From Tricharina praecox (lineage: Eukaryota), in contig NW_026250405.1 of assembly GCF_024521635.1 (NCBI RefSeq), positions 186,001-250,000 of the forward strand: a stretch of 64,000 nucleotides of DNA, given 5' to 3'. The notes beneath the pieces were generated by a model. The model made no database searches, was not told the DNA's origin, and saw only the letters and a list, made by a program, of their open reading frames with translations. The position numbers and the translations under genes are program-made. Shown here one piece after another: positions 12,766 to 25,844 of this stretch; the first letter of the stretch is position 1; each line of letters begins with the position of its first letter.

Positions 12766-14645
12766 CTAGCAGCCAGCTTTGTAGCATTGGGTCAAGATCT
12801 CCAGAGTCCAGACGGCAGACGTACCGTACCTACTACCTAGCTGGCCTGGGGGCGGGAGAGCTGAGGTGAGGGTGTGGAATAAGATTTCTCCGCCACCCCA
12901 GGTCACCAGGGGGTCCGGCAGTAGGCGTGCCATATTACGAGTACATATTACGAGTACATAGATACGTAGATACATAGATTCATACCGGTAAAGTTGGTAG
13001 ATACTAGAGAGATTCAAGAGTTCAAGAATGCTGGGTTGGGTTGGGTTGAGTTGGCAGGTTGGCAGGCTAGCAGATACTTACTACCCCACATTTCGCAGTG
13101 TTCTTACTCCTCCTCCTCGGACTCAGAAAATGTGATTGGTCTCAGGAGCTTCCAGCATTCTCTGCGGTGGCGACGTAGAAAAGTGCAACAAAACCACTTC
13201 TGGAATGGTCGGAATGGTGTGATTTGTGTGATTGGTCGTCGGCGAGTGCGTACTCATATCATGTATGATGTACTTACCTACATGGAATCTGGATTTTCCC
13301 CGGCTGGAAGGCCGGTGATACTACCTACCCACCTACCTACATCCTACCTGGTATGCTTGAAAAGCGTACTTACGTATGCGGCCGCAGGTCCACAGGCCCA
13401 CAGCACTCCTGGTCTTTACCGAATCGGACTGGACGTGTGTAGGTACATAGCCTGTAGGTGATCTAATCTTCAGCTAGCCAGCATGGCGGTGGATGGCGGT
13501 GGATGGCGGTGGATGAACGATGGGCCTGTGCTGTGCTGTGCAATGATCGTTATCGCCGCACTGTCCTTGTCTGTCCTTGTCTGTCCTGGACTCCTGCACT
13601 CCTGGTGGGCCCGTCGGGGCCGTAACTGGTTTCGGACTCCGGAGGAGAGGCTGGGTTTGAGCGACTGCAGGCGGTAAGAAGACTGTGGGATCTTTCCGTG
13701 CTGCAGACGAGCTCCGTGATTGTGTCTGCTGGGTTAGCGGTGAGAGAGATGGATGGATGGATGGTTGGTTGGTTGATGGTTGTCGGCGGTTACTGTTCGC
13801 ATCCGGCATGAGTGGATATTTGTTGTCGATTCGGGTTTGGCTGCCACCTAGGACTCGGGAGTCGATTGCACCCCTTGCGAGTGCCGTTGATACTCGGAAG
13901 CCAAACCTCATGTACTGATATCTCAATTGACTAATAAAGGACGTATGTACATGCATGGTGATGGCTGCGTATTCGTATCCATCGCCGGCTCGACTTCTAC
14001 TACTGGTAGGTATTCTACCATGCACCTCACCTGAAGGCTGAAAATATTCGAGGCTGGCCGGCTTTACATTGCATTATGTAGGTACAAAGTTTTTACGCTT
14101 AACCGCCCAAGGGCCAAGAAGATGTGAAGGCCAGTGATCCGCTGGTCAGTTCCCTGGCCAGTAAACAATAAATCAATGTTAGCGTACCTAGCTACTAGAG
14201 ATTCTATCCAGAGTGATATCTTCCTGGGTGTGGAACATTTCCTTTCTCGGCGTTTGGCGGACTTGATTGTTAATCGACCGCTTACATGAATCCGTCTAAT
14301 AGGTAGAACGGGTCGGAACTTGCCATCCGTAGGCATTATATAGTACCGGTACCGGTACTGGCATAGCTGGCAGATTTAGACTTTAGGCTGTAGACTGGTA
14401 AAAAAGAGAGATCTTCAGTTTATTTCGCACGCAGCCTATCTAGAAAGGCTGTAGACTGGTTAAGCGCGGGCCCAAATACATGGTATGTAGGTGCTCTCGA
14501 ATAGTAGTGGTATCTTTGCATACCGATGGTCCAGCTGCCAATTCCCAGCTCCCATGCCCAAAAATTCCTACGATAGGTATCAGCGCTGCTATCAAAGACT
14601 ATCGAAGTCCCGATGGCAGACAGCTCGTCAAGTACGGTATGTACT

Positions 14646-14809
14646 TCTTATCTAATAGAGACCGAGCAACGTCCAGCAACGTCCATCGCGCTCGCCTCGT
14701 CGCCGAAATTGGCGCCGCAACCACCCTCTCCTCCCTCTCCTCCCTCCCCGACATCTCGGCAAGCGCGCTAAGCGATGCGCTCGGCCCGGGCAACGCTCGG
14801 TAAATCTTG
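14646..14809 (+). mobile_element. Candidate degenerate non-autonomous mini-Helitron
   Basis: 5' TCTTATCTAATAGAG; 3' hairpin CCGGGC-AAC-GCTCGG followed by TAAAT-CTTG; 7-bp subterminal inverted repeat ACCGAGC/GCTCGGT. Both termini are imperfect. Confidence 0.3.
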
Positions 14810-16631
14810 GCCCCACCCCACCGTAACCTTACAGCCGGCCGGCCGACACCCGGCCGATCCGGGGGTGCTCAGCCATTAGCGAGATCTAACTACCGTAGGT
14901 ACTCTAGTGCGGCTGTTGGCGTGCACTGGACTGGACGCAACGGCAGAACATCCCGGAATATAGTAGTCGCGAGCTCGCGAAGGTTTACTTGGGTAGCCTG
15001 TCGCTTCTACGCTGCTGCGCAGGAGGGAGGGACCGGGGCGTGACGGTCGTCGAGGAGGGAGGGACGTCGGTGGTGAGGGGTGAGGGGTATCGCGTCGTGT
15101 GGCGAATATGCCCCGCCAGACTACCTACGGAATGGGCCATGGTTTGCGAGTAGCATCGTGCATTGTCGCCCTGCTTCTAGACTGGCAATGATATCTTTCC
15201 TCAGCTCGATCAATCCGATCCGGCAACTTTGAACTTGCGCACGTACGCGCCCACCCACGGACGGCAGCACGTCGCCTTCGTGCACTCGCAACTAGGCAGT
15301 GGCATGAGGGAGCATCCATTATCCTCACGCGGCGTGAAGCTTTGTAATTGACAATCTCTCGAAGGTATCGAGCCGGTGAAAATATCAGATCGGAGAAAAG
15401 CCTGAGCACCGCGACCATTCGCGAGGAGTTCAACTTGTGCCGCCTGGTACGAATAGGAGTACATAACCTGATACACAGGTAGGTAAGGCGTGTATCCGTT
15501 CCACGGCAGAGAAAAGGCTGCAGAAATTGGGTATGCGTACATCAAGTAGGTAGCGGCTGCTCGTATAACCTGAGGATCTCCAAAGAGTGTGGGTCATGAT
15601 ACATACGACTGTTTCAGCTGTGCCGTGGGTCTTCCTGACGCTAGTTGATGGTTCTTCGCAGTCACAGCCATCGGGAATAAGCAATGTCTCGGGTAGATGT
15701 GGGATGGTGGCTCTGACACATGAACCTTCTGGACGTGAAGCGGGGATAAAACGTGACGTGAGAGTCGTGCCGTTCATTATCTAGAACTTCTCGCACGTTG
15801 TCATAGAACTGACCGAGAAATTCACTCTTGGATGCACTTGGATCTACCAATTGTCAAATCGCCGTCAACTGGTGGATGAAAGCGTAAAGGAATATACGCC
15901 TTGTAGGTGACTTGTATACCATCATCATCCACTGTCGCGTTGGTCAGCTTGGAAGGATGAGAATCTGTGATTGCCCAGTGTGTTGAGGCTTACCGTCACG
16001 TGACCGATCGCCATTCGCCCTCCGCCACCCGCCCTCCGCCTCCTTTGCCAACCAGCTCAAACAAGCGATGTTTGTTCCAAGGGCAATTGTCTCAGTTCAC
16101 GATGTGCGAAATGTGCTTTGGGAGCTGAGGGAGTCTGTAAGGAGCTGATAGATCGTGACGTAAATCCTGTCGCCACATGGGCGCGCCGTTGAAGGAAAAC
16201 AGGAGGTCGAAGTGCAGCTGCGTGTTACCGTCCCTTTCCACCATCCTTCCTAGAGACTCCTTCACATCTGCATCGACCCTAATACCCGAACCCCCATTCA
16301 TCTCGGTCGTTCACACCCGCCACAAACCGCCATTCTTTTCGATATTGCTGCTTTAGTGTGACGCTTCCTTGTTTCTTTGTTTCTTTGTTCTCCAAAGTCC
16401 CCAATCGCTCCTCCACTCCTCCAACCCGTCGCGTTTCCCTTTACCCTTTGCAAGTCCCTCTCAGTCTCTCACTGAGCTTTCCCTACCAACAACCATCTTC
16501 TCGAATCGCGTCGTGTCGTCGTCTCTTCACTGGTCGTACCGCGATTCCTACCGAGCGGCACTCGGTCGTCACCCGACTTCGTTAGCCTGTAGAAAAAGAC
16601 CGACAGGCGACAAGCTTTTTTGAGCCGCACG

Positions 16632-19088
16632 ATGTCGCTGCTTTCGCCCCCAGCCCCCGCTACTCCCGTCCACAACAACCAGCAGCACCCACCGCACCTA
16701 GCCAGCATCTTTGCCTCGGGCGGAACATCGAATTCGTTCCAGACACCAAGCAGCACGCCGATGCAGGCTCCGCCCGATAAGAACGCGCGGAGAAAGTCCC
16801 TCGGTGGCGGAAGCGGCGTCGGGGGAGCTGGAGCTGTCGGAGGTTCGGCGGGTTACCGGCCCGTGGCTTATCGTACGGCTGGTATGTCTAGCCCGGGGGA
16901 TTTGCTTCGTTGATGGGTGCTGGGGCTTGTGGGTGCTGACGAGGTGATGTCTAGGTGTTAGGTTAGCGTGCCTCGTTAATGCTTCGGTGACGGTATGCGG
17001 CGACGACTCGATATACGCGTTCGGCGGATTCGATCAGTATACGGACGAAGGTATGTTTGGTGGGGTTCGGAAAATGGGAGGTTATAACTGTATAAGGCTG
17101 ACTCCGGGAAGTCTTTAATCACGTGTTAAAGCTAGACCTCAACACGTATACCTGGACCCTCGTGGACAACTATGGTGACATTCCTAGTGTTCGAATGGGT
17201 ATGTACCCCGCGGCGAGATGGGCTTGGGGTGTCTAGCTGACGGGTTATAGGCCATACCACAACGTATTGGAAGGAGAACAAACTGATCATCTTCGGCGGT
17301 GAAAACGAGCAACGTGTATTTTTGTCGGATGTCTACATCTTCGATATCCCAACGGCGACCTGGTCACAGCCAGTACTGTCCGGCTATCCTCCGTGCGGCC
17401 GGTCGAGGCATGCGGTGGTGCTACATGACGACAAACTCTTCGTTCTGGGCGGAATCCACCATGTTGCGCAGGCCGATTTCGACCCAGAGGACACCGAATT
17501 CAACCCGCAAGAAGTCCTCGATGACATCTGTTACCTCGATCTCAAAAGTATGACATGGAGTCGGAGTTGGCGGTGGGTTGCGCGGTTCGATCACCAGGCA
17601 TGGGTGCGGAACGGAAAGCTGTGGATATTTGGCGGTATGGGCAAGGAGATGGATAGGACTGGAGAGTTGATATCGCTGGATCTCAGCCATCCGGTATTTG
17701 CAAGGACAGATGTCAAGCAGGTGGGATACGCAACTCGACAGGCGCGCGTGACGGCGGATGCTACCAGTGGTCAAGGTCGCGTCCTCAGATCACACCGCTC
17801 ATACGGTCCGAACTCTCCTCGCCCTGTTTACGCCCAACGCCGCAACACCCCACCGCCAAAACAGCACCTCGTTCCGGCAACGTCGTCATCGGTTCGCTTC
17901 CTCCTGAGCGAACACATTCCCTCCGAGGCTCATGGAACCCACTTCCATCACATCTGCGGCAGCACACTGCTCGACTTTGTCACCTACGCCAACTCCATTC
18001 GGACCGCCGAGACCGGTCTTTCGGCTCTCAATCTCCAGGACATGACGTGGCGGAAGATTGCCGATGGCATTGACATGCTTGGTGGCGCAAACTGGCGATG
18101 GCATTACCTCGCAATTTCACCGAACTCGGCGACGGCTTATCTTTTGGGTTGCCCCATGGATAATGATGAGATAGGAGATGGCGAGGAATACCTTTCCGAC
18201 GTCCTCCCCATCGATCTCACCCAATTCGGCGTCCATCTGGAACAGGAACCTGGCGATACTCCTGCAGGCGGCATGCTCGGCTCGGACTTGGCCAAAGTTT
18301 TTGATACCGAGGATTCGGGTTGGGACTTCACCATCCGTGCGATGAAGGACGAGGCCGCCGAGGGTGACGAGTGGGATGTTGAAGGGATGTGGGGACGAAG
18401 TATGATCAACAGCCCTGACGCCTCCGGTCAGACGGCGGAACAACGGGAGGACGATGACCTCCCTCCAGAAAATGTTATGGGACCACCGATCCGCGTTCAC
18501 AAACTTATATTGCTCACTCGCTGGCGTCATTTCCAGAGCCTCTATAACTCGAGGATGAGGGAGTTCCACCGCGGTCGACTGTACCTTCCGGAGCCCTATA
18601 CCGTCGTTAGAGCATTCTTGTACTACCTCTATTCCGACTCAATCGCGAGATCTCCCTTCTGTCCAGATATCTCCGTGGTCGCAGGCCTGCTTGTCATGGC
18701 TAACCTCTATGACATCACACGCCTGCGATCTCTCTGCCTAAACCGACTCTATAACGAGCTAGACGTGGAATCTGCCGCCGTGGTCTGGGAGAGGGCGGGA
18801 GTCGCCGGCGAAGACGCGCTGAGAAGGAAAGCCGCCACCTTTGTGCTGACCTCCTGGGGTCGCGTGGTACGCACACGTGGGTTTCGCCGACTAAGCCGCA
18901 GGAGTCTAATGGAGCTCTGCGAGGAGGTTGACGAGGAAGGGCGTGTGACGGGAGGCGATGAGATGGGCTGGGAGGGGAGTTCACCCGGCACTCCCGTTGG
19001 ATTCGCAGTCGGCTCCACCGCTACGGAGCTAGCCAGTGAGGGCGGCGGTCCCCCAGATGAGAATGATGAAGACGAAGAGATGATCTGA
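16632..19088 (+). CDS. Kelch-repeat + BTB/POZ protein (LZTR1/Ral2/Mds3-like), 4 exons
   Basis: Kelch blades ACLVNASVT..IYAFGGFD, RMGHT..LIIFGGE, GRSRH..LFVLGG and RFDH..LWIFGG; BTB signature DFTI...IRVHKLILLTRWRHFQSL...FLYYLYSD. Three GTATGT...CTGAC...AG introns between 16882 and 17250. Confidence 0.93.
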
Positions 19089-20221
19089 CGAGAAAATTGT
19101 TGGGAAAGTCGTGATTTGCGATAAGATGAAGTAGCGTTTAGGTATGCCGTTATGTTTCTGGTCTCTTGGTATTACTGCATCGGTGCGTGGGATAGGGGTT
19201 TGGGATTTGCAACTGTATCTTAAGAAGTTTCGTTTTCGAGATGTGGATGGAGAATTTCCTTCGACTGGTAGGATAGATAGTGCGAGTGTGATTGTGTTTC
19301 TTTCGTCGGGCTTGGATATGTGACATCCGGATCGGCGCAGGTCACAGGAAAGAAGAAGGGAGGTGAAATGGTGTGGTTGTTGTACTCTAAGTATTTTATG
19401 TGCATACACAAGGCCTTGCCCATGTACCTAGCCCTATTCGCTCCTACATCTGCAGAAGCTCTAGAACAAGAAATCATCATCGCCATCGTCATCAACTGTT
19501 CTAAAGACCTCGGGATTGAAAAGGCTTTCCTGGAACACAGTATGCCCATCTGATATAGAATTCTACAGCAGAGTGCAACTGGTCAAGTAACGTGTAGATA
19601 ACACCTTCGTCCAGTGTCGGTATGTAACCTCGGCGAACGGACAAGTTCCAGGTCACCCATGACTCGGGGGAAGGAGTGCTTCCGCACCACCGCCATCGTG
19701 ACATTGAAGTAACCATGGAAAGATTGCAGCAAGTATCTATCAGATTCTTGAGGTTCTCACAGTCTTATCTGCTATTTGAATCTGTTTTTTCTCCAAACAA
19801 GACGGTACAAACTCACGGAGGATCTCGAACGGTGTAAATATCCAACCGTCGAGTGAGATCGTGTGGATTGCCTTAATTGCATCATCATCCAATCAACTCG
19901 AGGTCTTGATTCTATGGCGGGATTCATTCGACAATCTCATCAATGTTATCTCGTAACTGGTCACTGCTCAAACGGACACGATCGGGGTGTTTCCAGCCAG
20001 GCTAGGCTTGTGCGGCCTTACCATGTAATAGTCATCTGGACCGGTTGGGGCCCCGGCGACCTAGTAACAGCCTTCTCTCTTTCCTTCCTTCCTCCGTTCT
20101 TCCTCCTTCATCCTTCCTCCATCCTCCCTCCATCCTTCTTCATCCATCCTCCTTCATCCATCCTTCTACCTCCATCCTTCTACCTCCATCCGTCTGTATC
20201 CATCTTTCTTCATCCATCCAT

Positions 20222-20922
20222 CTATCAACTCACCCAGGGTCGTCACAACCTTCTCAAAGACGCACGCCGTCTATACTATACGAGATACCGGAGCGATCTG
20301 CAATCATCGGCTGTGCAATCCTTCTCCATCCATCATCTCCTCCGCCCTTTATTTTCTCCGTCCTCCGCTATCTCCTCCGCCCTTTTACTTCCTCCGTCCT
20401 CCGTTATCTCCTCCACCAGTTATTTCCTTCTTTCTCCTCTAACCTTCTACATCCATCGTTTTCGTTCATTCATCCGTCTACCTTCATACTTTCTTCCATC
20501 TTCCATCAATCCTTCTATCTATCAACTCACCCAGAGTCATCACATCCTACTCAACAATACACGCCGTCTGTACTATTCGAGATATCGGAGCGATTAGCAA
20601 TGATCGGCTGTGAGTAATATGTTTGACGGTGGATCTCTCGGCAGTCCAACCCTCATACCACCTACACTCCAAAATTCTACCTTCCCGGAAGCCATCGACA
20701 TCAGCGAAAACCATCTGACTGCGACACAATATGAAGGGAAAGGAAAAAGGTAACTCATTCACTCTTCGATTTGTTTTCTTGTCTCGAGCCTCCCTCCATC
20801 TTTCTTCTATTTTTATTCATCTTTCTATCCATATACTTACCCAGAGCCGCCAGACACTCCTGAATAACGTACGCCATCTGTACTATACGAGATACCGGAG
20901 CGATTACCAATGATCGGCTGTG
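20222..20922. repeat. Three dispersed-tandem copies of a ~90-bp core (77-nt units at 20234, 20531, 20841) separated by pyrimidine-rich spacers
   Basis: Core act(c/t)acccag...acgcc(g/a)tct(a/g)tactat(a/t)cgagata(c/t)cggagcgat...caat(c/g)atcggctgtg; periods 297 and 310 bp. Confidence 0.9.
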
Positions 20923-21482
20923 ACATCCACCTTCATTTGCCCCCTTCAATTGGCTCACGGGCTACTTTTGGCCTATCCTTCTTCCATCTCCAGAGCTCTC
21001 CGGGAGCATCGGCCGAATACAAACAGGCGCTCTCCGAAACCCCGAGCAAGAGTCGAGGTCCGATTGTTGGAATCGAGAATGCCCTGCCCGAAAGAGCTCT
21101 CCGAGAGCGCAGGCCAAAGAGAGGGACTTCATTTGTACGCTTTTCGGTTTGGAATCACCCTTGGCCACTCGTCTTACCAACGGACGCTGCTGTCATAATC
21201 TCACGAACTTCCGTGTACCGCGTTACTTCCGCGGACGGGTCATGAACGATCACTCGCTATGTCGAGACACTTCCGTTATCCGTTCTCACACGGAGGTGCC
21301 GAGCGGCGGCGTGGGGCCTCTATCCGAGGCATCCCCGAGCCTTCCTGTATATATACCTTTCTTTCTGCCGTGTCTGATACTCAATACACTATCTCGCGAT
21401 ACCACTTTTCTTGACAGCTGCGGCATCTCACTTTTTTATCTTCATCCTCATAACTTTCATAATGTCATTTTCTTTGTCTTGG

Positions 21483-21655
21483 TTCTGCTTTAAGAATTGC
21501 TCTTCATATTCATGGAGATCACATTTATCATGAGTTTATCGATGTATTGTTTCTGCTTTAGGAATTGCTCTTCACATTTGTTCATCTTTTTTCTGATCAC
21601 GTTGATCATGTCATTGTCATTGTCTTATGTAGTTCTGCTGTAGGAAATTGATATA
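21483..21655. repeat. AT-rich patch with three copies of TTCTGCTTTAGGAATTGCTCTTCA-like motif
   Basis: Copies start at 21483, 21551 and 21633 (third degenerate). Confidence 0.7.
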
Positions 21656-22491
21656 AGTTCGCGGCATCAAATCTGCAACTTTAGGTCCACAAAATGGTTC
21701 AATGGTTCAATGTTTCTCTTCCATCGTGGCGGTAACTCTTAGTCTTAGGCTCTTAGCTACTTACCAATGTACTCGCACGTTATCTTGTGAAAATCACAAT
21801 CTGACCCTTGGGTGATTAGTTGTGTTAGATTACGGCGTCCGGCCGGGGGCACATGAAGGATCTCTCCTCATGTCCGCTGTGAGAGTCGAGGCGATGGTGG
21901 AAGCTTCAAGGAGCACTGCTCTGAAGGAAAGAGTCGAGGAGTCAAGGGCCCGGGCATGCGAACTGTAGTCTGTATCCGGAGGAGTGGATTTGTCGTGCTG
22001 TCTGGTCTCGCCGGCCGGCGGTGGGTCTTCTCCCTCCCAATTGTAGACATATTCTGTATACCCGGTAGATAGAAGGGCGCCGGCCCGGAGTAGAAGAAGA
22101 AGCAAGCAAGCAAGCAAGCAACAAAACAGTTACATCTTCCTACCCATCTTCCTATCGATCGCAGTATATTTGACAAGTTTCCCCCGCTGGTACCCGAGGC
22201 CGAGTCGTTCACCTCTGCTACTCCTTCGGAGACATGTTCTGTTTCTGCTTACTTCACAATCGACGTGGGCTTTTTGGGGGCTGGGTGCTGTGGTTATACG
22301 GTGGTATCGTCGCAGCAATTGGACTCGCACAATTCACCGATCAAAAAAAAGTAGGCAGCCATCATCCATCTCTCATTTTTCAATCAGACGCTAGGTACGA
22401 CTATTACACAGGAAATTGCAACCGAACAAGCCCTACGAACTGCTAGATCTCCCATGTCATTGCCCAACGAAACGAACGAAATAAGTTCAGA

Positions 22492-24020
22492 TCAGAATCC
22501 GTTCGACTTCGGCGCGTGCCTGCTCTTCTTCATGTCACTCAGCGCCGTGAGCATTTCGTTGTTGCTCTTCATGATCTTCTCGATCATGTTCTCGACAATG
22601 TTGACGTCGTCCGCAGGCACCAACGAGATGCTGACGCCGAAGTAGCTCTGAATCTCCTGGAGCTCCTGCCAGCTGCGAGCATCGTGGACGAAGGAGATGG
22701 AAATGCCATCGCGTCCGAAACGTCCGGTGCGGCCGATACGGTGGAGGTACGTGACTGGGTCGGGAGCGTCGATCAGCGTGCGCGGGAGATCGTAATTGAT
22801 CACCATCGAAGTCGTAGCGACATCGATACCGCGAGCCAGGACATTGGTGGTGACCAGGACCTAGATGGACTCCCTGTTAGCCCGTGATCACGTTGAAATT
22901 CTGCAATCGAGTGATGCGACAAACCTTGCACTTTCCGTGACGGAAGCTATCAATGATTTCATCACGATCGGTCACAGTGTGGAGGCCTGCGTGTAGGACT
23001 GCAACCTTGTGGCCTTCGGCTTCCATCCGGCGAGCAATACGGTCGGCTGTGTCACGTCTCTAGCCCGAAATTAGCCAACCTTTCAAGTTTGGTGAGACAA
23101 CGAATGGTGAAGTTACCTTGACAAAGATGATGGACGAAGCAACCGTCATGACGTGGTAGAGCATGACCAATACACGGTACTTGTCCTCCTCATCCTTGCA
23201 ATCCATATAGATCTGCTTGATGCCCTTCATCGTCAACTCATGGCGCTGCAGTGTTATAGTGTGTGGATTCGGACATAAGGTTTTGGCGTAGGTGAGAAGC
23301 TCTGGAGCCCAGGTCGCGCTGAACATCATTGTTTGGATACGGTTAGGCAGGAACTTTAACGACCGGATCACCATTTCGGCCACACCCGAGCTTTCGAGCA
23401 TGTTGTCCGCCTCGTCCAGGACGAAAATCTTGAGCTTAGAAGCATCGAGCTGCTTGTGGCGGAGGCAGCTTTGGGTTGTACCGGGCGTTCCAACGACAAT
23501 GTGGGCGGCGATCTTGGTGCCTCTGGCGTTCGACTTTGGAACGCAGAGCTCAGTCGTGATATCCGGCATGAACTGAGCAACCGTGTTGACATAGACCACC
23601 ACCTGCCGGGCAAGCTCTCGGGTCGGAACGATACACAACGCCTGCGGCGCCATGAGACTTATGTCGACGCGCTGAAGCATCGCAATAGTGTATGCCGCTG
23701 TCTTTCCGGTGCCGGTCTGAGACTGACAGATCAAATTCTGGGGGGGATCTTTCGTGACCAGCGGAATCACCATCGCCTGAATCTTCGAGGGCGCGCGGTA
23801 ATTCATCTGCAGCAGGCCATCGACGATCGCTTTGGGACTGTGGGCAAGGTCAGAGAGGTACCACGAGGATAAAGCGGAGCGAGTGATCGCACAGTTTCAG
23901 TTGGTTGAAGCTCAGATGCGACGTGATGTGACGCTCCACATGCTCCACCAGATTTCCTCCGGGATCCGCCATCTTAATTTCCAAGTCGTCATCGTTGAAA
24001 TCGTTGGCTTTGCTTGCCAT
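22492..24020 (-). CDS. DBP5: DEAD-box RNA helicase, Dbp5/DDX19 subfamily, 4 exons
   Basis: Q motif [52 protein letters not shown] and [14 protein letters not shown]; exons join in frame. Confidence 0.9.
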
Positions 24021-25844
24021 CTTTGCGGTTGTAGCGAGCGTAGATTCCGACGGATCTCGGCTGAGAGGGGAGTGGGGGTGGGGGGGAGGGGGGAGGGGGA
24101 AGTAGGATTGTGATAGGGAAAGCTGATACGTCGGTGAGGAGAGAAGGAGGAGGAGAGGGAGTGATGGGGTCGTATTTGGATGGGCTGGGAGGATGGGTGC
24201 TAGTCCAGTATGCAGTGGAGCGGAAAAGGGTATCAAACATCGAAAACAGAAGCAAACACTAGAGCGGCCGCTGGACCGCAGTTATGCCTTTAACCTAGCG
24301 ATTGATAGTTTATGACTTGAAGAAAGTACCCGCTCTGATGGGAACATTGCACACCAAAACACCAAAGCAGCAAAACGATAACATGCGAGCCTTTGATTCA
24401 TCAAGAGAAATTATGTTCTCTGTCGTCGATGACACTCCTGCCCTCAGTTACAACTACCCCATTGAATACTTAGCTGTAGGCTGGGTTGTGGACATATACC
24501 GAAGCATCTGCCTGAGCGAGTGGGGTGTTGGAGGTGCCACTGGATTCACCACGGTAAAGGCAAGAGTACAAATTTACCGCAAAATGTCCAGACATGTACA
24601 GTTAATGTTACCTAACATTTATCTGCATGAGAAAGCAATCATTTTTACATTATTTCGTAGGTCTTGAAGCATTTAGATGACATGTAGTTGTGATGTCACA
24701 GTGGACATGGTGGGTTGGAGCGGGTAATATGTTAGTCCTGGAATGGAAGAGTGTGGGAATCTTAACTCATCACCAAATTACTGTATACAGACTGAACAAC
24801 TCATGTGCACCTATCCTAAAAGGCTATCTACGAAAATTGCGGGGATTTTCCATATGTCGAAGAATAAATAGGGTTCTCGACTGGATAACGTATCTTCGAA
24901 TCCGCCGAGTTGTCGGTTTGGGTCGGGGTAGTTTGGGCACGACACTTGCGGGAAATAGAATGGAGAAGGCATTCCGGGAACGAGTGAAGTGTGTGGACGG
25001 TGGATTGGGGTTGCTGTTGGTTCGTGGAGACAGTCAGATACGGTAGATACCGGTAGCTCGAGACGAACCACTCATACGGGGCTGTCCATCTGGCTTATAT
25101 TGGGTGTATCGAAGTAGAACAGTGATGATGGTACGATCGTGGATGACCATCCGTCTAAGCAGCGGATGTAGAAAGCGGTAGAAGTACAAGAAAATGCCTA
25201 GAAAGAATACGGAAGAGAAGAGTACTGTAAGAAGACGAACGAAAATGGCGGAGATGCTTGCCGGCGCCTCATAAGTCACGGGATGGGGGGGCCAAAGTCA
25301 TTCCTCGTCTCCTTCGCACAACCAATGGACCGGACGGCGCAAGGGCGAGAGAGGAGGCGGGGAACAGATAAACCGGAGGGCGTGAGGGAATGAGGAGACG
25401 AGTGTTACACAAGGGATCAAGGGACAGAGGCCATCAATTGGTGGGTGCGCGGAAGGCCAAAGCTGGAGCAAGCTGTAAGCCCCCCAATAAGGACTGCGAA
25501 GCCGAAGAACATGGCGAACATACTTCGAAAAGGAGGCAACTGTGCCAAGAACAAGCCGTGTCTTTTATCTTCCTTTTTCTGCCTGCGCACAGGCCTGGGG
25601 TTGTGCTTCATCACGGCCAATGATTCACGTGTACTCGCGGCAAATCCGCGTCTTGAAACGGGGCCAGAGCGCGACTAGGGCACTGATTACATCAGGGATA
25701 CGTGAAGGCTGGTTGTCTAGTGTGGGACCATTGCTGTTCATCGTCCTGCCAACTCTCTCCCAGCTCCGATATCTACTCAGCAATTCATCTCCCTCTACTG
25801 GTACCATCGAAGCGACAATTCAATTCAACATAAGGTACCGATCT

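Noticed and set aside
10200..16600. Numerous short ORFs in the long divergent intergenic region, including a relic-like frame at about 15690-15930
   Set aside because: No recognisable motifs or coherent exon chains.
20222..21655. Repeat-spacer arrays as CRISPR
   Set aside because: Eukaryotic context, only three divergent copies each, irregular or low-complexity spacers, no cas genes.
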